DNA from: a virus
Lineage: Duplodnaviria > Caudoviricetes
Virus record (IMG/VR): IMGVR_UViG_3300028601_000021
Coordinates: 92,030-156,029 of that record
Length of the DNA stretch: 64,000 bases
Reading direction: 5' to 3' (one strand)
Each line of letters starts with the position of its first letter. The stretch's first letter is position 1. Of the stretch, positions 58,205 through 64,000 are shown piece by piece. The notes below the pieces were generated by a model that saw nothing but the letters and a program-made list of their open reading frames with translations, ran no database searches and was not told the DNA's origin. The position numbers and the translations under genes are program-made.

Positions 58205-59929
58205 TTATGTGATGGAATTGTAAATGTATAAGATACGATCGATAGTTCTTTTATGCTTACTGTCATGGAAGTAAGTATATAGACTATCTAGTTCTTTAGG
58301 TGTGATAAGTTTCTCTGGGATGCTCTTATCATACACAGCTTTAATAAACTCATTTAGCTTCTTGTAATGTTTACCCAACACACGAGAAGCACTCTTACCG
58401 ATACGGTCTATACCTAGTCCTTGTAAGAAGCTCTCCACTGTACATTTGACCAGTGCAGTATAGAGGGACAGCCAATACTTTTGAGCCATTCTAGAGCCAA
58501 ATATATCCCAGTCTTTCCTGGATAAATAAAAGATATCTGAGACGTCTTCTATTTTTCCTAATTCTACGAACTTACTCCAAACTCCTTTACTTATCCCTTT
58601 AGCATCTATACCTGACTTAGATGTAAAGTGAGCAAGACCTTCTAACAGTCTACCTTTACAATTGGTATTGTTACAATACTGAAAAGGACTTAGAGTGGGA
58701 TCAAAATGCAATGGTGTATTACAAACAGGACATTCCCTAGGAAGAGCTATTGGATCACTATACTTATCTCTCTTATCGAACTTGATATGACCTATTACAG
58801 GTATGACATCTCCCTGTCTGGATATATAAACAGTATCATTGTAATGAGGTTCTAATTCAGCTACAGCTTTGCTATTAAACATAGAGCAGCTGGAAATTAC
58901 CACACCATCTACATTGACAGGAGTAAGCTTAGCCACAGGAACTAACTTACCGGTACGAGTGACTTGGTATTCGATATCCTCCAAAGTAGTGTAAGCTCCC
59001 TTAGGAGGAAACTTATAAGCTATCATAGCTCTAGGTGCTCTATCGGTATATCCCATCTTCTTATGGAGATAATAATCATCTACACGCAATACGATACCAT
59101 CTGTATCATAAGGACTGTTGGTAGTACCTTTCCAGTTTAATATAGCATCTAAAATACCATTGATGTCCTTGGTATTGTAGATCTTGTGATATACTCCAGC
59201 TAGTACATCCAATATAGCTATGTTCCATTTTAATACAGAAGATACTTCTTCTATATCAACTAAATTAAAATCGTAACAAACAAAGTCTACTTTACCTATA
59301 AAAAGAGGATTTACCTCTTTAGACATCATGATACCAGATACAGCATTCCTTGAGTTACTATATCTACTATCTGTCTTAGGTTGTACATAGTCTTCATACA
59401 CCGCTTTCTTAAATAAACATTCACCTCTGAAATCTATATCTTTAAACATAGACTTATGCTTAGGTAGATGTAATGGTAGATTACCGAAGTGTGCATACAG
59501 ATGAGTGATATCTATACCTGTAACACCATCACCTCTAGTGATGATCTTATTTAGCGTATAATCACGATACCAGATATCTAAAGCTAAACCATCGAGTTTA
59601 TCACTTAGACAAATGGTAGTATCACCTTCGGCTGCTTTAGTAACTTTCTTAATAAATAACAATACTTTGTCGATATCGTGAGCCTTATCCAAGCTATACA
59701 TACGAGAAGTGTGATTTACTTCAGTACCGTAACTATTCGTAGGATAACCCACTCTTACGGTAGGAGATTCAGTATTCTTCCATTCAGGATGAGCCTTCTC
59801 TGCCTCTACGACTTGTTTGACTAATAGATCATATTCCTCATCCGAAATGATAGGGTTATTCTCGATGAAGTAATATCGATCAGCTATAGCCACTTTCTCT
59901 AACAAATCGGCATATTGTCGTTTATCCAT
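58205..59929 (-). CDS. ligA: NAD-dependent DNA ligase (no BRCT domain)
   Basis: ISDEEYD, MYSLDK, KLDG, TRGDG, DGIV, IAYKF, QVTRTG, GDVIP, Zn finger CPVC..CNNTNC and HhH LGIDRIG. Start re-assigned by SD. Confidence 0.95.
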   Translation of the reverse strand: MDKRQYADLLEKVAIADRYYFIENNPIISDEEYDLLVKQVVEAEKAHPEWKNTESPTVRVGYPTNSYGTEVNHTSRMYSLDKAHDIDKVLLFIKKVTKAAEGDTTICLSDKLDGLALDIWYRDYTLNKIITRGDGVTGIDITHLYAHFGNLPLHLPKHKSMFKDIDFRGECLFKKAVYEDYVQPKTDSRYSNSRNAVSGIMMSKEVNPLFIGKVDFVCYDFNLVDIEEVSSVLKWNIAILDVLAGVYHKIYNTKDINGILDAILNWKGTTNSPYDTDGIVLRVDDYYLHKKMGYTDRAPRAMIAYKFPPKGAYTTLEDIEYQVTRTGKLVPVAKLTPVNVDGVVISSCSMFNSKAVAELEPHYNDTVYISRQGDVIPVIGHIKFDKRDKYSDPIALPRECPVCNTPLHFDPTLSPFQYCNNTNCKGRLLEGLAHFTSKSGIDAKGISKGVWSKFVELGKIEDVSDIFYLSRKDWDIFGSRMAQKYWLSLYTALVKCTVESFLQGLGIDRIGKSASRVLGKHYKKLNEFIKAVYDKSIPEKLITPKELDSLYTYFHDSKHKRTIDRILYIYNSIT

Positions 59930-59991
59930 GATGTGTCTCCTGTGTATTATACAGTAGTGACTTTTAATGTTTATATACAAAGCTTCATTTC

Positions 59992-60002
59992 AGTAATATA
60001 TA
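59992..60002 (-). promoter_or_regulatory. Early-promoter-like motif TATATATTACT
   Basis: Upstream of the ligase. Confidence 0.65.
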
Positions 60003-60028
60003 CTTGACCTATAAATGACAAAAAAATA

Positions 60029-60060
60029 AACAGTACCACCCAATTAAGGATGGTACTGTT
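60029..60060 (-). terminator. Hairpin with U-tract on the minus strand
   Basis: aacagtacca...tggtactgtt preceded by an A-run. Confidence 0.65.
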
Positions 60061-60065
60061 GTTGG

Positions 60066-60380
60066 TTATATCCATTTATGGGTTTCGCTACAGAGGATCT
60101 TGGTCGACTCGTATTCTTCCTCAGTGAGATTACTGTAGAAGTCATTGTAATCTTGAAGAGAGGTTCTCTCTCCATTCATATAGACGGCTTTATTGCGAGC
60201 CATCTGAGTTACCTTCACACATCCGTTGGGGACCAGTTTAGAGAGATTGCGTGCCACAACATCCACTACATCTGTAGGGATGTAAACTACGTCCATTGCT
60301 ATTTTCGAAGGATCGGATACGATCTCTACAACCATAGCTCTGTACTCGATGTCACTCTCGTGTACTAACTTATAACTCAT
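60066..60380 (-). CDS. Hypothetical protein
   Basis: Start re-assigned by SD GGAGG; own promoter motif and terminator. Confidence 0.6.
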   Translation of the reverse strand: MSYKLVHESDIEYRAMVVEIVSDPSKIAMDVVYIPTDVVDVVARNLSKLVPNGCVKVTQMARNKAVYMNGERTSLQDYNDFYSNLTEEEYESTKILCSETHKWI

Positions 60381-60422
60381 TGTATCCTCCTGGATAAGTT
60401 TGTTGTGGTTTAAGATCAATAT

Positions 60423-60433
60423 AGTGATATATA
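60423..60433 (-). promoter_or_regulatory. Early-promoter-like motif TATATATCACT
   Basis: One-base variant of the repeated motif. Confidence 0.6.
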
Positions 60434-60456
60434 CACGAATATGATTGATCAGCTAT

Positions 60457-60495
60457 ATATAGCTACAGTACCCGTAATAGGTACTGTAGCTATAT
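60457..60495. terminator. Perfect 16-bp palindrome
   Basis: atatagctacagtacc...ggtactgtagctatat. Confidence 0.7.
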
Positions 60496-60502
60496 GACTA
60501 TA

Positions 60503-60742
60503 CTAATTCCTAAAATGTAAATACATGATACTACCTGCATCATTTAATTCAGAGATATTACCCATATACACATTGAGTAATCTATCGTAATCAGCTAACG
60601 ATAAAGGCATCATAGCTAGTATGTGTCCTTTCTCATCTGATAAATTACACCAATTGTCGCTATGGTGGTGTACTATCTTTATTCGATTTACACCATTCCT
60701 CTTACTACTTTCTATAATGGCTTCTGCGTGTTCAAATGACAT
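60503..60742 (-). CDS. Hypothetical protein
   Basis: 79 aa ORF. Confidence 0.45.
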   Translation of the reverse strand: MSFEHAEAIIESSKRNGVNRIKIVHHHSDNWCNLSDEKGHILAMMPLSLADYDRLLNVYMGNISELNDAGSIMYLHFRN

Positions 60743-60769
60743 GACTAATTCGCACCTTAGTAAATTGTA

Positions 60770-62407
60770 TTATGATTTGAGGTTTCTAGCTAATTGATCA
60801 AACTTAGCAGCATGATAGTGCATCTTGTTATTACTCAATGCATCCATCCGATCTATCAACTCTTCATAGTCCTTATTCAGATTACCACTAACCATAGCCC
60901 TACTTATTAATGCAGGATTGGTAATGTAATCTAGCATCTTCAATACGACCTTATAGGTACGCTTAGCTATATTGGGTTTTCTCTGTTTAAGTACTTTAGC
61001 CACTTGTTCGTAATCAGCTATATATACATCTAAGATATTAGCTGGTATATTCTGCTGTTTAAAAGCACCGATGGTATTTTCAGCCATACGACAAAGACGA
61101 GTGTAGTCTTCTTCATATGTGTTGTTATATACATCATCTACTTTTAACAGAGTATTCATAACAGCAAATAACTTATAAGTAAAAGCCATAGCTCTGGTAT
61201 CTTTAAACTTATTGTACGGTGACATAGGTACGCTACCATACTTGAAATAAGCTAATAACTTACCTAGACCACTAGCTAAAGGACCACTCATCCCATTTCT
61301 ACTGACAAACTCATCTGCCACACGTTCTACTAAACGCATGTTGTGAGTAGTACTACGAGTATCGGATACTTTATCCTTACTGTTGTTAGCACTCATCAAT
61401 ACAAAAGATTCATGTAGATCAGTTATCATACTAAACAGATAACGGATCAAATATAAAGTCATTATGACATACGTAAATAGAAAGATTAAATGCCAACAAA
61501 TAATACCGATAAATTCTAAAGTAGAGAAAGGGATACCAGATGTGTCTTTATCTCTCTTCTTATTAGCGTCCTGTATCTTGGTGATAGCTGATAAGTAAGT
61601 ATCTGCTTGCTTATCATCCAGTAATTTCTGCTTCTTAAAGGCTGTAATTTGTTCGATAAGGGTATTAGAGTACTCCTCTACTAGACCACTCTTATCGTCA
61701 CTAGCCTTTAATCTATCTAAGGCCACTTGAGTACGTTTGATCTGATAATACTTATCTGCAGATCTTTCGATGACAGTACTAGCATGACCTATTTCGTGCA
61801 TCATGATAGCAGCTATCTCATTAGCTTCCATCCTTTCTACACCTAAGCCATTAGGTATATACTGATCCATCATAAAAGCACAGATAGGGTCAAAGAACAT
61901 ATTGACCTTATACTTAACAGTCTTCTTATTTTTCTGATAAGTACTATTCTTCAATAAAGGACTCTTCTCATCCCAGTTATCAGCCATAGACATAAAGTCT
62001 TTGACATGCTGCCTATCACTGGCTTTATCGAGACCACTAAACTGATCCACAGCTTCCATACAGCCATAGATGTTTTGAAAACTGATATCGATAGCAAACA
62101 TACCACTAGGTTGATAAGGCTTATACTTATTTAAATAGATCTTCTCTACCGTTAAGTTAGTATACTTTAAAGTGATAGCTTTAAATTCAGGTACAATAGT
62201 CTTCTCAGTGAACTTGATCAAAGACTCTATACGTTTATCATTGAAGGATTGGGCACTACTGTGTTTCTTAGAATCATAATCACCTAGACTCTCTAAGTGA
62301 TCAAATCCTTTCTGAAATAAAGCAGTGAGTTCTTTACCTAAAGGACTACCCATTTGAAATAGGATAGCTTCATTACCATCTTGTAATTTTCTAAGACTAG
62401 ATAACAT
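60770..62407 (-). CDS. Putative virion zinc metallopeptidase-like protein (HExxH, M48-like arrangement)
   Basis: EIAAIMMHEIGH, a hydrophobic stretch, and ERVADEFV..G...LASGLGKL; N-terminal GNE candidate cleavage site. Confidence 0.6.
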   Translation of the reverse strand: MLSSLRKLQDGNEAILFQMGSPLGKELTALFQKGFDHLESLGDYDSKKHSSAQSFNDKRIESLIKFTEKTIVPEFKAITLKYTNLTVEKIYLNKYKPYQPSGMFAIDISFQNIYGCMEAVDQFSGLDKASDRQHVKDFMSMADNWDEKSPLLKNSTYQKNKKTVKYKVNMFFDPICAFMMDQYIPNGLGVERMEANEIAAIMMHEIGHASTVIERSADKYYQIKRTQVALDRLKASDDKSGLVEEYSNTLIEQITAFKKQKLLDDKQADTYLSAITKIQDANKKRDKDTSGIPFSTLEFIGIICWHLIFLFTYVIMTLYLIRYLFSMITDLHESFVLMSANNSKDKVSDTRSTTHNMRLVERVADEFVSRNGMSGPLASGLGKLLAYFKYGSVPMSPYNKFKDTRAMAFTYKLFAVMNTLLKVDDVYNNTYEEDYTRLCRMAENTIGAFKQQNIPANILDVYIADYEQVAKVLKQRKPNIAKRTYKVVLKMLDYITNPALISRAMVSGNLNKDYEELIDRMDALSNNKMHYHAAKFDQLARNLKS

Positions 62408-62411
62408 AAGT

Positions 62412-62687
62412 TTACCATACTCCTTTAGGTATATGGAATAGAGGTAAATACTGAGTAGGACCAGTACCTTCGATATACTCGATATCGGGTTCTACATCTA
62501 CAGTGATAGCTACCTCTTTAGTTTCTTCTTCAGTGACGTCCTTATCATCTATCTTAGTAATCCTTACATGAGTAGGAGTGATAAGGTCTGTATTCTCTTC
62601 CTCTAATATAGCTCTTAATTTATTGAGTCGTATAGTCATTTGGATATCTCCTGTGTTTATATCATTGAGACGTAAGATGTTCGACAT
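62412..62687 (-). CDS. Hypothetical protein
   Basis: 91 aa ORF. Confidence 0.45.
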   Translation of the reverse strand: MSNILRLNDINTGDIQMTIRLNKLRAILEEENTDLITPTHVRITKIDDKDVTEEETKEVAITVDVEPDIEYIEGTGPTQYLPLFHIPKGVW

Positions 62688-62695
62688 ATATAAAA

Positions 62696-62731
62696 GTATA
62701 GAGGAGTAGCCTTACGGCTACTCCTCTATAC
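62696..62731 (-). terminator. Perfect 16-bp palindrome
   Basis: gtatagaggagtagcc-ttac-ggctactcctctatac. Confidence 0.7.
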
Positions 62732-62762
62732 CTATATCTATTTCAAAGCTTAGTAACGAATA

Positions 62763-63887
62763 CTATTTCTTGCAAGCAAGAAAAGCACGCTGAACCTTGA
62801 TGAACTGCTTAGCGAGCTGAACAGAGAACTTGATAGACTTAGAAACAAGCTTCTGAGCGGAAGTCATGCTCTTTACTTCTTTCTTAGCGTTATCACGCTG
62901 ATCTTTTGCAGCCTTAGCATCGGCATCATTGGAGTAACGACTGGAAGCACGATTGGCTTCACTGGCCAGCTTATCACCGGTCTTCTTGATACCAGCGATG
63001 GTCTTTTCGACAACACGACCCTTAGCGATGAGCTCTACAATCTTCTTGTTGTCCTTGACATCAGTGAGGCTCCAACCAGCGAGCTTATCACCAGAAAAAG
63101 ACACTTCAGAGATATTGGCGAAAGGATCTTTAAAATCCTGCTTGAACGTACCGTCTGCATCGACGTCAACGCCCAGACCAGGAATCTTGAATCCAGCATT
63201 ACCGCCTTCAGCGAACCTGTTGCTCATATCGAACAGCTGTCCGACTGCAGCAACGAGGTTACTGAAAGTACTGTTATCGAGTACCTTGAACTTCTTATCC
63301 TTGGCCTTTTCGGGATCGATACCAGACACATCTTTCAGAGCAAGAGCCAGACGCTTGGAGGTCTTTTCGACGGAAGTAAAGAAAGCCAGGATCTTGGAAC
63401 CGAGAGACTTAATACCTTCCCAGATCTTCTTGGCGATCTTTTTGACCCAATCCCAGAACTTCTTCATGGTGTCTTTGAAGCCTTCCATGACAGCGATGGA
63501 ATTGGCATCGTTCGGGGAAGCGACCATCTCCAGGGATTCGTTAGCAGCCAGAGTGATACCGAAGCCTTCTTCGACTTCACCCAACTGACCAGCACCCTGA
63601 CCGTAGTTGAAGGCCAGAGCGACAGGACGGGACCAACCGCACTGCTCGACCACGGCAGCCATACGCTCAGCGTACTCGAAAGTAGCCATCATTTCTTCAG
63701 CAGCTTCAGCAGTCTCTTCGCCTTCATCAGCGACTTCAACTACTTCTTCCTGCTCTTCCATTTCTTCAGCGACTTCGGTTTCGACTTCGATCTTCTGCTC
63801 GATGGAGACAGAAGTAGCTTCTTCATCTTCAAAGCGGCCACCAAAAGCTTCGTTACCTGCTACCAGGTTTTTGAGAGAATACGACAT
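62763..63887 (-). CDS. Internal head (ejection) protein, phiKZ-like
   Basis: Glu-rich propeptide with GNE, ANE, SLE and VME sites, then the amphipathic helix MKKFWDWVKKIAKKIWEGIK and a basic mature region; strong codon bias. Confidence 0.75.
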   Translation of the reverse strand: MSYSLKNLVAGNEAFGGRFEDEEATSVSIEQKIEVETEVAEEMEEQEEVVEVADEGEETAEAAEEMMATFEYAERMAAVVEQCGWSRPVALAFNYGQGAGQLGEVEEGFGITLAANESLEMVASPNDANSIAVMEGFKDTMKKFWDWVKKIAKKIWEGIKSLGSKILAFFTSVEKTSKRLALALKDVSGIDPEKAKDKKFKVLDNSTFSNLVAAVGQLFDMSNRFAEGGNAGFKIPGLGVDVDADGTFKQDFKDPFANISEVSFSGDKLAGWSLTDVKDNKKIVELIAKGRVVEKTIAGIKKTGDKLASEANRASSRYSNDADAKAAKDQRDNAKKEVKSMTSAQKLVSKSIKFSVQLAKQFIKVQRAFLACKK

Positions 63888-64000
63888 GTGATAATTCCTC
63901 ATATATGAGATTGGTTGAGATTAGAGTACGACCTGTACTTGATCATACCCAACAAGTTAGAGGTGCATGCACAGATACATATAATATCCGTTATAGTAAC

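Noticed and set aside
5302-62731. Palindromes as a CRISPR array or integron attC cassette array
   Set aside because: They are dispersed at operon ends, are not regularly spaced, lack attC R-box and extrahelical features, and no cas or integrase gene is in the window.
1-64000. tRNA/rRNA genes and chimallin or PhuZ genes
   Set aside because: None recognised by eye. Nucleus formation cannot be established from this window; tRNAscan-SE and HMM searches would be needed.

Overview
This 64 kb AT-rich window comes from a phiKZ-like jumbo phage (myovirus), judged by motif recognition only; no searches were run. Packaging and head genes include a large terminase split by a 306-nt ORF-less group I intron, a prohead protease co-transcribed with two ClpP paralogues (one catalytically intact, one apparently dead), a portal and internal head proteins. 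Tail genes include sheath, tube, a tail fibre and baseplate-type proteins. The window also carries four split multisubunit RNA polymerase fragments, divergent GyrA/GyrB-like subunits, NAD-dependent DNA ligase, RNase HI, a holin-like protein and several accessory clusters with small paralogous genes. Non-coding structure includes nine minus-strand copies of a phiKZ-type early promoter motif (TATATATTACT), more than 20 long intergenic palindromes that mostly share a GTACC-loop-GGTAC core, and a candidate multi-hairpin small RNA at about 55.3-55.4 kb. No tRNA, rRNA, CRISPR array or reverse transcriptase was recognised.
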